Below, in pieces: positions 1 to 11,614 of a stretch of 64,000 nucleotides of DNA (position 1 is the stretch's first letter; each line of letters begins with the position of its first letter). Below the pieces are notes generated by a model, which saw only the letters and a program-made list of their open reading frames with translations, made no database searches and was not told the origin of the DNA. The position numbers were made by a program, and so were the translations under genes. Source of the stretch: Torpedo marmorata (Eukaryota); assembly GCA_977017645.1 (NCBI GenBank), contig OZ360222.1, positions 123,504,001-123,568,000 of the forward strand, given 5' to 3'.

Positions 1-3000
1 TGGTTACAGCAATAACTCTGTTGCCTGCAGGGAAATCCCATCTGTTCCATTTCTTTCATTAATGTTTGTTGTACATACACAGTATCGAGGAACATAGTAA
101 CAGGAAGAGGCCATTCAGCTGCTCAGTCCTGCTTCACCATGGATTCACCATTGGTGAGCTAATGAATAGAAGAGCACGGTCAAAAAGTTAGGATCAAATA
201 AAAATGGTGTGCACAGCCTGGGGGAGATTAAATGGCCCCTCTTGGCTTCTTGGCGTGACTGCTGACCTCTGTTTTCCCCCACTCCTCTGTTCGCCAATAG
301 CATTCCCCAACCCTTCTGCCAGAATGTACCTTTGTTCTGCTGCCATGATTGGAAGGCAGCAGAGTGCTCAGCCGACCAAGGAGGTACAATTGGCTGCGGC
401 AGATTGATTGAATAATTAAGGTAAGGTCCGAAGGCTAATTCTGGGCAGCGTTCTGTGGAGCCCAGAGCATCCAGTTCGTGCCCCAAACAGAATAGACTGA
501 TATATCTGGCAGTTTCTATCCCTAGTACAACCCTTTATCCAAAGGGTGTGTTTGCTATTGTTTCTTTGAGTTAAGTGCTTGTTGTTGAGCACATCATTAC
601 CCAGTTCTCTGGAGCAGCTATTAATAGAAGTGCAGGAGCAGTACAAATCTTTAAGTTCCAATTTTTTTTAAAGCAATGCAGAACACAGCTAAGTTGTGTG
701 CACATTAGGAATCAATCTCTCTCTGAGACTATATATGGTCGTATGGACTATGGAAAAAAAATAAGATCAGAGAATCTTATATCTGAGGTTATAGTAGATG
801 AAAATTTGGTGTACAGTTTTATATTGAGGGATTAAAGGCATCTGATATGCAGAATGCTGGACCACAAATTTGAATATACTGTACTTCAAATGAGTTCCTG
901 AATTTTCTGCTTCTGCTCACAGTTCATCCTTTATGGTATTCTAGTTTATAATTTAGATATTTAGACTCTCATTCAGTGAGCATCTGTGCATCTGTAAAAT
1001 TGCATTTTCCAGAAAATTTTCCACAAAAGCCTTTTAGAGAGATTTTACTAGTGTGAAATATAGCACTGAGCTGCTGGAATGATGCTGAGTACCAAGACTG
1101 AACGCTAAAATGGAAGTGGAAGCCTTCAGATTAGTATCACTCTCTGATAATCTACTAAACAATGGTTAACTGCATCCCGGAGAATACAGGGCCAGGAGCT
1201 GCAAAATGATTGTTAATTTCACCCACAAATAGTGTTTATACCAGAGCACAATTGATCTTAGCAGCATATCTTTCATAACCATAATAAAGGAAGGCGGTTC
1301 AACCCCACTCTAACTCCTCTCTCTTGATAAGACCAGGCAAACTCCCAGGTCAGCACCTTGGACAAGACTAGGCCATTCTGTTCTCTGTGTCACATTTTCT
1401 ATTCATTTAGATCACAGCTAATCTGTTTTACCTTAAAATTAGAGCTAGGTTTTCAGAATTGATGTCAGGGAGTGCTTCTTCATACAAAGGATTGATGGAA
1501 TCCTGAACTCTGTCCTCCCAAAATGTCGTGACAGAGAGGTGCAGTCAGGTGCTTGAGTTAGTTATTTTCTCCGCACAGAATTTACAGGATGGAAAGCAGA
1601 CCACTCATCCCAACTAGGCCATGCTGGCTTTTATATTCCTTTTCAGAATTCTCCCACTCTAATGGCATCTTCCCTTTATTTCCTCCTCCCTCACGAATGT
1701 ATTAAGTCTCCTGTTAAACACATAGATGCTTTCTGCTCCCTGAGGCAATGGGCTCCTCATTCTCCTACTCTATGTGTACAGATATACCTCTCAAATTCTT
1801 AATGTAATCATCTAGCAGCAATCTTATACTGAAGCTCCCTTATTTTGGACTCGTATAAAACAATTTTGTGGTATCTTCTCTGACATCTTTTCAACAATAT
1901 CTTATCAAGATTTATTTTCTGCTCTCTTAGTCCTGTCTTATTCTTTGGAAAGAACCTTCGCACACTCAATCTTTCCTGACTAGCCTCTACAATTCTGGTA
2001 ACATTATTATTTCCAAGAAATTCACCCCAAGTCAGCAACTCAAAACGTACAGTATCGCAGTGTCAGCATGTTACACTTTGCCTCCACTTCCTGAGTGCTC
2101 CCGACCTGGGATGAATTTCTTGACAACTTCAACTGCTCTGCATTTTCCTTGGTGTTTCAACATAATCTTTATAATATGGAAACCAAGACAGTGCACAGTA
2201 CTCCAACATTTCTTTTGGCAGAATTACTACCATATTCTACAGGAGGGCTCTGTGAGAAACTTATAAGTGGAGATGATATACCGACTTTAATCACTGTCTG
2301 GATATTTTGGGAATTGATTTCATCCATCCATTTCTTTTACTGTTTCTCATTCCATGCTGATCCTTATTATATACAGCCTTCCTGCCCAACTATTCTGCGA
2401 CAACACTTTCACCCTAAGATTTGCTGCAATTCAAAAACACAACTCACCATCACTTTCACGGGCGTAGTTAGGCATTGGCAATAAAAGATAGCCTTACTAA
2501 TAACTCCCAAATTCTGCAATAGAATAAGAAGTGTTTGCTATTTCCGAACAAGACCTTGGTAGAAATTTCCATTTATGAACATAACAGGGCATCTTTTAAC
2601 AAAAAGCAATTGGGGTCTAAATTATTTAAACATAGTCTTCTACTCTCAAAATAATTATTACAAAAGAAGTACCGTATTTTAGTTTAACAAGAACGAAACC
2701 AGTGGTTTGGAATTGCTGGAGAATCATTATTTGCATATCTTTATGCAGTGCTCAGTTGTTAGTTTCAGCAGTATGTTGGTATTTAGTTGTGGAAAATATC
2801 TTCAGGTTTCTTTTTAGCAACAGATTATTGATAAGCTTTTAATTAAATTCAGAGAATTTTAAAGAAGTTATTGAAATGAAAATGCTTGGTTGTGTCTTTT
2901 TTGAGGGAAAAATATGTGTTCTAATGGTGTTATCAACCCACCAAGGTATTTCGTAGTGTTCCTCTGGAACATTATCAAACAAAATATGAGTCACATATTG

Positions 3001-4372
3001 GAAGTGATGAGCAGAGAAGTAAGTTTTAATGACTGAAAGAGGGACAAAGGGATTGAGGGAATGCATTGTACCAAATAGGGCCTTGGCCGTTGAATGGAGG
3101 ATTGCCAATGGTGGTATGATTATACTCCAAGTTCTGTCACCCAAAGAGATTGCCAGGCACAAAAGGGGAAGAGATTCAAGGATGCCCAAAATGTCCGTAA
3201 AAAACATTGCAACATTCCAGGTACATTTGGGATGTTATTGAAGAACCTTGAGTCCATGCATCAAGAGTACCCAGAAGTCTAGTGTAGGTGACAGAATGAG
3301 TGCATCATCTCTTCAACTAACCAAACACACCCTGGCCCTTTTGTGGAATCGTCAGCGGTTCCCACATTGACCTCAGCAATCACCTCAGAACCTTCAAAAC
3401 CAGAGTGGAAGCTAATAATAATCCTCGACTGCCTGATTTGGGAGTCCCAAAGTGGATGAATATTGATACTTTGCAAAGTTATAGACTGAAGATGGGATGA
3501 ATCCATGGAAAGGTTTGAAAACCAGGACAAGAGTTTTAAAAGTGGACCATTGTTTAATCAGAAAGCAATATAGTAAGCATCAGAGTGATGGCTAAACAGG
3601 ACTGGATGTGTGTTAGGACGCAGTGAATTCTGACTTTGTCAGCAAGGTGCTGATGAGAATGGTTTGGAGACTGTGGGCAAAGATTGACAGATGATTTCCT
3701 CCTCTTTCCCCCCCTCCCCCATCAATGAATGTTGTCAAATTATAACTGTTGTAACAGAATTGCTTAATTACCTGGAAATTACCTCCTTCTCTGTGATAGG
3801 TTTTGAATGACTTGTTTGTTGCCAATCATTCTGTTTATTACCTAATTGAATATCAGTAGCAAATGCACCCAAAGATAAATGAAAATGCAAGTACTTATTG
3901 ACCTTGACTTGCTTTCACAAGTTGTTGGAGTTGATGGCTTTATTGCTGTTCAGTAGATAACAGTTGAAATGCTGCCTACCCCAGGGAAAAAAGCGTTAAT
4001 TCCCAGGGAGAATAAAACTGCTTGTTTGCGCTAGGAACTGGTCCTGTGCTGAAGCGCTAATGTCAACATCCACCTGAGTTGTGGGAAAGATCAGACACAG
4101 GCCAATGGCACTGTCTTACAACTTTATTTTCAAAGATATTGATGCCAAAATAAAACCTTGCAACCTTTAAGCTCTGACAGCTTGAAATTTTACACAATCT
4201 ACCAATGTACAAGAATGAGTATGGTAAGATTTAAAGCAAAAATATTTAACCATTTACAATGCATGCTAGAAATATAGAAAGGGACTTGGGAAGGCGTTCA
4301 ACTCCCTTGGGCTTGTTAAATATAATAACCCTCAAGCCTCTCACACACCATGATTAATATGGGCTTGATTTT

Positions 4373-4525
4373 GACATTTAAGAAAAATTTGGATAGCAAT
4401 TGGATGGGAGGGGTATAGAGGGCTATGGGCCAGGCGCAGGTCAATGGAACTAGGCAGAATAATAGTTCGGCACGGACTAGATGGGCCAAATGGCCTGTTT
4501 CTGTGTTGTTGTGTTCTATGGTTCT
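4373..4525 (+). mobile_element. CR1-type LINE 3' end fragment
   Basis: Typical CR1 3' UTR, ...ggactagatgggccaaatggcctgtttctgtgttg...ttctatggttct. The same tail is seen on the HE1-like SINEs. Confidence 0.75.
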
Positions 4526-4647
4526 TTGTGAAAGTGATTCAGTCTCTTGAGCAGTTTCACTATGGACCTATTTTTACTGGAAATCTACTCAAATTAAGGA
4601 TTGAAATTTTCATTTCAGCCCCTGCCTAATAATATCTTTGGGGAGGG

Positions 4648-4905
4648 AAGTCAAGTCAAGTCACCTTTATTTGTCGTTCATTACGATATACACAGTAAGA
4701 CGAGATAGCTTTTCTCCAGGACCATGGGCAGATGTACATAAATATCATAATACAATTTAAAAAAAACTATAACATGCTAATACACATACATATCTAGGAA
4801 TTGAGGAGCCTGATGGCTTGGGGGAAAAAACTGTTGCACAATCTGGACGTACGAGCCCGAGTGCTTCGGTACCTCCTTCCAGATGGCAAAAGGGAAAAAA
4901 GTTTA
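4648..4905 (-). mobile_element. Rex1/Babar-type LINE 3' end fragment
   Basis: (AAGTC)n tail followed by tttattt. The minus strand carries an LPSGRRYR-type C-terminal motif like the other Rex1 copies. Confidence 0.7.
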
Positions 4906-5749
4906 CAGATTTTTATTTGTAATACTTGGAGCACAGTGCAGTTTAAGTTCCTGTTTAAACTGTGAAAGGAAATTTCGGCAAGCTTATTAAAGCTTGAATG
5001 TTTTTATCTGAATTTCCCACAGGCAGTTTCAAAGCTTCAGAGAGCTGATGTGTTGGAAGTGAGTATGGGTCTATTTTGGGATTATGCAGAAGTGATGACT
5101 TTCTTCATAAGTATTTTATTTAGTCTCTTTTGTGTTTGATAAAATTAACAAAATGTAGATTGGTACAAAAAGTTAATGAAACGTTGTTAGGATTCTATAT
5201 TTCTGGTGGCTCTTCTTATAAAAGATTGCTTGGCATTGTTTGAAGAAGAGGAGGGATGTTCTCCAAAAGAAGAGTGGAGAAATGAGAAAATCTGGTACCA
5301 GAGTAATGACCTTTGTCGTGTTTTCCAATAGCAGCATTAGTCATGACTGTCTCCCATGATCCCAAGTCTGTGAAAACTGTTGGAGCACACATCAGATCCT
5401 AAATTCCTCCTCCACCCACCACCCCCCTCCCCCCCCCACCCCACCACCACCCCCGAGTTCACGGTATTATGTTGTGCTTGGTGCACTCTTACACACAACC
5501 AGAACTTGTAGAAAATTTCAAGATGATCACACATTGACTCAAGGGAGGATCCTAAGATAGTGCAAGTGTCCAAATCCAATGACACCCCAAGCTTTTTCTC
5601 TTTCAACTCTCCACTCCCCACACAGTACAAAGCTGCTGAACAAGGTCTGGGATGTGGCAGGAAAACATCAAGGCTATTCAGGTTTCCAAGTTCACTGAGA
5701 TATTCACCACAAGAGGCTGACTTTCCATTCCAGCACACTTAGCACACTT

Positions 5750-5863
5750 AGGTAGGTAGAGATAAGCCTATCATCAGATCAGCCATGATCTTATGAATGG
5801 CGGAACAGGCTCGATGGGCCGGATGGCCTACTCCTGCTCCTATTTCTTATGTTCTTATGTTCT
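5750..5863 (+). mobile_element. CR1 LINE 3' end fragment
   Basis: agatcagccatgatcttatgaatggcggaacaggctcgatgggccggatggcctactcctgctcctatttcttatgttcttatgttct, matching the 3' end of the CR1 at 17500-17597. Confidence 0.8.
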
Positions 5864-5881
5864 AGAGGTTGGGAAATCTAG

Positions 5882-6225
5882 GCTTGCATATTCTGTTGTC
5901 TGTCTTGCATCAAAATAAGAGAATATATCAAGATATCCAAAAGTATTTTATAGCCCATGAAATACTTTGGCAGTGCAGCATAGCAAACTCACAAATGAAA
6001 AAGTGATAGTGTCCATATAATCTCATTAAATGATATGAAATGAGGAATTCAGATTAGCCAGGGTATTATAGAGAGCACCTGTCAGTTTAACACCTCTTTG
6101 GAAAGACAGCAACTGTGATTGTGTGGCACTCACTCAATACTGTACTGGAGAGGCACTTGATTTTTGTACGGAAATTGTTTGTGTGGGACTTGAATCCACA
6201 GTCTCCTGACTCAGAGACAAGATTC
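5882..6225 (-). mobile_element. Degenerate SacSINE1/DeuSINE-like SINE
   Basis: tRNA-like head (tgggacttgaatccacagtctcctgactcagag on +) and an L2-like tail. Similar to the copies at 14755-15160 and 46105-46800. Confidence 0.6.
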
Positions 6226-7698
6226 ACAGTGTATAAACCAACACTGGTCTTATTTTGAATTGTGAGCGTATATCTTATTTTTGGTGTTGGCAGAGAGCAC
6301 CCAAACTCATCTTTCTGCTTGTCAAGATGGAGCATGTTTCGAGATGAAGCAGTGAGTGACGATTGAATGGGAACTAGTCAACAGCCATGAAGACACATGA
6401 GGGTGTTGAGAGACACCATCTGATACATGTTAGCTACATTTCCAGCCAGGATCTGATAGCACGTGAAGTTTCTGTGTCTCTAACTGATTGGGGTAGCAAT
6501 GTTAGCTAGGCAGGCTAAGAGAAGTGAAGTTGACGGTGGCAAAATGATGGATGTAATGGAGAATTTAACTCCTCAGTCACAATCTCTGTATTTTTTACAT
6601 CTAATCCTATTGGGTTTGTTTTTAATGTTTGATTAGGAGATTAGGTGGATATCCTTCAATGAAATGAATTGTATCTATTTGATCTTCATTCAATTGCTCA
6701 GTATTATCATTTGTTGCTTTCAAATCCTATATGGGAGCAAACTAATCACAGCCGAGGCTTTTTGAACAAAAAATATAGACCTGCTGCAGATCTCCTCTCT
6801 TTGTTTGATTTTTTGGATGAAATTATTCATCAGGATGCTTACCAGCCACTTTAGATTTTATGAAATCCTTCAATGGATGAAAGAATATCACTGTGGATAA
6901 TTTCTGCTTCTTTTGAAAGTTGTTTAGTGGCAGAGTTCAATTGCTCATTTTTTTCTCTTTTTAGTGGCAGAGTAATGATTGAAATTGTATTTGAAGAAAG
7001 GCTCCTCGTCACTACTTGCATTATCAAGATGCAGAATATCAGACTGAACTGTATTGTGCTTAATGCGACAACGTGTGCTAATTTTAGCTCGAAAAGAGGA
7101 TGAAGATAAACTGACTACTGCTAGGTTCCATATGCCATACCAGAGATAATACTGTATTGTGGAACACCCTGTGAATTTACTGCTATTACAGTTTTGGGGA
7201 TATAAGGTTAGAGTATTCATAATGCAGAAAGCCTGTTGGAAATGTACAAAATATATCTTGCTGCCTTTGTTCAGTTTGTGCACATTCAACGAACAGTGGA
7301 AACTGTATGGCCATTACCAATGCTGTATAATTATAAGCTTATCAAACAGCTTTTAGTACAAGTTTAATTCAGAGTTTGGCTCGAAAATTATCTGATTCGT
7401 TTACATTGGTTTTAAATCCACCACATTCAGATTGTAAAATGCTTCTTAATGAAATTCCAATAAATTCCTGATTAGATTAAGAAGAACAGTTCCATATTTG
7501 GGGAAATGTAGTTCTACAGTTGCAGCTAAAGAGTGTTTGAGCTTTTTATTTGTAACTGAGACCACTTCACAGGGCAGGGAGTGTTTGCTCTTGTTAAGCT
7601 GAGAAAAACTCCCAGTGTGGACACTGCAGATAGAGTGAGCCTTGTTGTAGGATTTAGAGGGTGGGTGAAAGCATTGTGTTCACAACTGCCAAAGAGCT

Positions 7699-7715
7699 TG
7701 ACCTCTGGCTGACCC
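7699..7715 (-). promoter_or_regulatory. DR5 retinoic acid response element (candidate)
   Basis: TGACCT-CTGGC-TGACCC on + reads GGGTCA-GCCAG-AGGTCA on -, a perfect RGKTCA(n5)RGKTCA, and lies in a repeat-free block. Confidence 0.6.
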
Positions 7716-9904
7716 TGGCCAAACAAAGGCAGAGCTGAAGAGGCTTCTTTTGACATGGATACCCATTGAGGGTTTTTTTTAAAAGCAGAGAGATAATCTG
7801 ACCCTCGCAGTTTTCCAGGGAGTGAGGTTCAAAATGCCTGACACAAGAAATTCCCAAGTTTGTCATGGAGGAGTTAAATTGTCGTAAGGTGAGCGATATC
7901 AAATGCGGGCAGAGAGAGGTGGTGCTGATGTAATGTGTGTGAGATGGTGGCTTGTGCATTTTAGTACGTTTTTGTTACCAAACTGCGTTGCCCTGATGAA
8001 CAAATGCACATATTTTAACAGGTAACTTGATCTTTGCAGTGGCTCATAAAGTTGAAAAATAGGCAGGGCTCCATTGATGGAAATAGCCGATAAGTGCTGA
8101 ATAAATGGGGTCTGGCATTAAGCAATGTCAAATCTTTGTTTTGCTATCACTGCTCTTTGTCTCCAAGGGCTCTTTTTCACGGGAACAAATAGATTGAAGT
8201 AAATAAAAGCAAAACAACAGCAGTGGCCCATATCATTGCAGCACACATGCTCACAAGTCAACTTCTGCAGGAAACTGGGAAATGCATGGTGTGAACCTTT
8301 TCCACTGCATCATTATCTTTCTCGCTCATTGTTTGCTGCTGAGAGTCCCAGATGCAATTTCCCCAAGTAAAAGCTTCCTGTTGCCTCCCTTTATAACATT
8401 GTGTGCATTTTCATCAAGATACTTAAGTTCATTGGATAAACAGAGGAAAGATGATGCAACATCTTAAATGAATACACGTGCACAATAACAATGCCCACAG
8501 ACACAGGCCTGTGGAGTGGTGGAAATTCCAAGCATGTCAGTGGGTTCTATAATTCTCGTGATAGATTAAAATAACCATCCACAAATACCATTGCAGCTTT
8601 AGAGCATAACAACTCGAAGCAGGATTGGACCATAAAACCTCCTGAGTTCCCTCCACCTTCTGATGGGAGCTCGGCTGAAAAACATAAGAAATGAAGCAAC
8701 AGCAAGCATTATGACCCTTAATGAGGCAAAATGGAGCTAAGACACTTGGCAGGACAACATTTGAACCAAACGAGGAGATATTACAACAGATGAGCAAAAG
8801 CTTGTTGCCCTCCTTAAAAAAAATATGGCATCGGGGTGTGGTGACATTTTGCTAGCTGCTTCTGGCATTTCTTCTCCTTGCATTCATTATAACTGTTCTT
8901 TATTATCGCACCACTTGCTGTACTTAAGTATGGGTTGACTTGCCTGGATAGCACGTAGAACAAAGCCTTTCACTGTATCTTGGTACTTGTGATAATAAGC
9001 AATTCAATTCCATTTGTTAGGAGTACCATTAGGAAAGAGGGTGAGGAAAGTTTGGAAGGAGAATTTCCTAACTTCGGGCCCTTGCAGCTGAAGACATGGT
9101 CGGCAAAGAAGGAACAATTGAAATTAGGGAGACGCACGGGGCTCGATGTCCTGGTTGAGGAGATGTGCAGATGGAGAGGCGCAGGCTTAGCAGGGGTTTT
9201 GAATAAAATGAGGAGGATTTTAAAATCAAGATGGTAGCAACCTAACAGTTAATATGGGTCAATGAGAGATGGTAGTTCAAGTTATTCTGATTAAAGCACA
9301 ATTGAATTGTTGACAGAATCGTGAATGAAGAATAGAAAGAAACGGTACACAAGAGCACTCGTCAGATTTATTCCATGTTACAAACTTCACTCATCTGCAA
9401 TAAATTACACCTTTTTTCCCCCAGAACAAAGCGCAAACATAATTCAACCATATTTGTTGGCACAAATAGATGAGGCTTTATGCTGATAACCATACCTAAG
9501 GTACTATGGCATGTCTGGCCACTGCTCAGGAGCTAGAATTGCAAAGAAGCAGCCTTGTGCCCCAAGGCTGAGACATCAGTTTCTGTTTACTGATGAGTGT
9601 TTTCCTCACCGTGAGAAAGCCTCTCGTGAGCTACGTTAAGAGTTAACTCCTCGTGATGCAATGAGAAAGTAAGTTATGAAAAATATTGCCCCCTCCCCAC
9701 CAAAAATAATTTTCCATTCAGATGTCTTCTTCAGAAGAGGACTCAAATGTTGACTTATTTTCAGGAAAAAATGTATGTTTAATTGATTGTAGGATTTGAG
9801 TGAGTTTTATATCTAATAAGTGATGCCTGATTATCAGAATAAAATTAATACTTTACTGCGTAATTATCCTCTGATTTCTTTTTAACAGGTAACTTGTATA
9901 TTAA

Positions 9905-10130
9905 AAGTTAAACAAGGGAGTCTGCTGATACTGTGGTTGAATGCAATACACAAATGTGCTGGAGAAACTTAGCAGATCATGCAGCATCCATAGGAAGTTA
10001 CAGGGAACCAATGTTTCAGGCCTAGGCCATTCGTCAGGTATGACGGGCTCAGGCCCATAACATTGGTTACCCTTTACTTCCTATGGATGATGCATGACCT
10101 GCTGAGTTTCTCCAGCACAATTGTGTATTG
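9905..10130. mobile_element. Penelope-derived fold-back (inverted pLTR) element with hammerhead motif
   Basis: Arms tgctggagaaacttagcag... and ...ctgctgagtttctccagca match the 3' terminus of the Penelope copies. Flanked by aacttgtatattaa (9891-9904) and aacttgtacattaa (10131-10144). Confidence 0.8.
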
Positions 10131-11239
10131 AACTTGTACATTAACAAGCCACGTAATGCCATATTTATTCATAAGTTGTCATATTTACAGGTAAGTTAGT
10201 ATATTTTACACCCATGTTACAGTTCTCCCAGTTAGATACTGTAGCCTGGAACTTACATAGCACCATTCTTCTCTTTCCAGTGCCAGGTGAATGAAAATAT
10301 GAGGTGAAATGAGACTATGATCATTTCCGATAATTTTGTTGATGACAGTTCTTTTCTTCTCACGAATTCTGCTCAACACATTGAGTTCCTCTGCAGATTG
10401 TTATTTGCTACAGATTCCAGCATCTGCAGTCTCTCATGTCTCTCTGATTATTTAGTGTCAGCTTGGAAATTTGTCCAGACATTTCCTGGAGTGAATCACG
10501 CTTGCGTGTTTGACGCAATTTCTGCTTAGATGTGTATTAAATTACATCATTTACTGTGCAGGGCTCCAAACAAAATGCTCTTTGCCAAGTTGCTGCAGCT
10601 TCCCCACTACCCACTGATTAATTGCCCTTATGAATTTCTAAACACTTTTTGGCAATGAAAACTGCACACGTGAGATTTAATGTTTTGTGTATTTTAATAA
10701 AACTCCACAATAGAATGTTTCACTTTCCAATAAAAGCAGCCTTCATCAAATTGACCCACACAATTCAACAAAATGAGAGGTATTTGTGACCAGCTTGATG
10801 AAACATTCATCTGCAGGAACAGATAAGTAGAATGGGCTTATATTCAGTGTTCAATTTCCAATAATCTTACTATGTAATCCAATCTCAGAAATTTTCATTG
10901 ATTTTCAGGTAGCTTCACTTGATGTAGCTTTCGAAAAATATGCATGTTGATATGTTATTTAGAAATATTGACCTGGATTTTGCAGTCAGTGGTGGCAGCA
11001 GTGTTCAGTGCTGATCTTATTTTCACTCTTTCCGACCTCTGTTCTTGGCACAGCAGAACAGTGACGCCATCAGTCAGACCAAACAGCCAATCAGATTGAA
11101 GAATTTTCACCAATAGCATGCCAGGAAAAAAAACACAATTTCAAACATTGTTCAAGTAAAAATTGAAATGTACGCATGAAATTATCATGGAAACAAAAAT
11201 ATCAAGCATTTTAAAAGTAAAAGTAACAATGATTTAATA

Positions 11240-11614
11240 CAGTGGTTTTCAAACTGCCCCCCTAAACTCACATTCCACCTTAAGCAATCCCTATGCCATA
11301 AGTGCTCTGTGATTAGTAAGGGATTGCTTAAGGTGGTATGTGAGTGGAAAGAAAAAGTTTGAAAACCACTGTTTTAATCGTACATAATTGAATCGTTATG
11401 TGCACGGTTTCATAACTCCAAAGGAAATGGGCCAATGACAATTTTTCTCAAGCAAAATATTTCAGTAACAATTGGGTCTGGAGCAGTGGTTCTCGACCTT
11501 CGCTTTCCACTCACAAACCACCTTAAGTAATCCTTTATTAATCACAGAGCACTTATGGCATAGGGATTGCTTAAGGTGGAATGTGAGTTTAGGGGGGCAG
11601 TTTGAAAACCACTG
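11240..11614. mobile_element. Non-autonomous hAT (Charlie-like) MITE with composite structure
   Basis: TIRs CAGTGGTTTTCAAAC and GTTTGAAAACCACTG. 8-bp TSD ATTTAATA at 11232-11239 and 11615-11622. Inverted arms of about 131 bp. Confidence 0.92.

Noticed and set aside
1560-3540. ORFs of 60-130 aa in this region
   Set aside because: No recognisable protein. It looks like very old LINE debris that I cannot delimit reliably.
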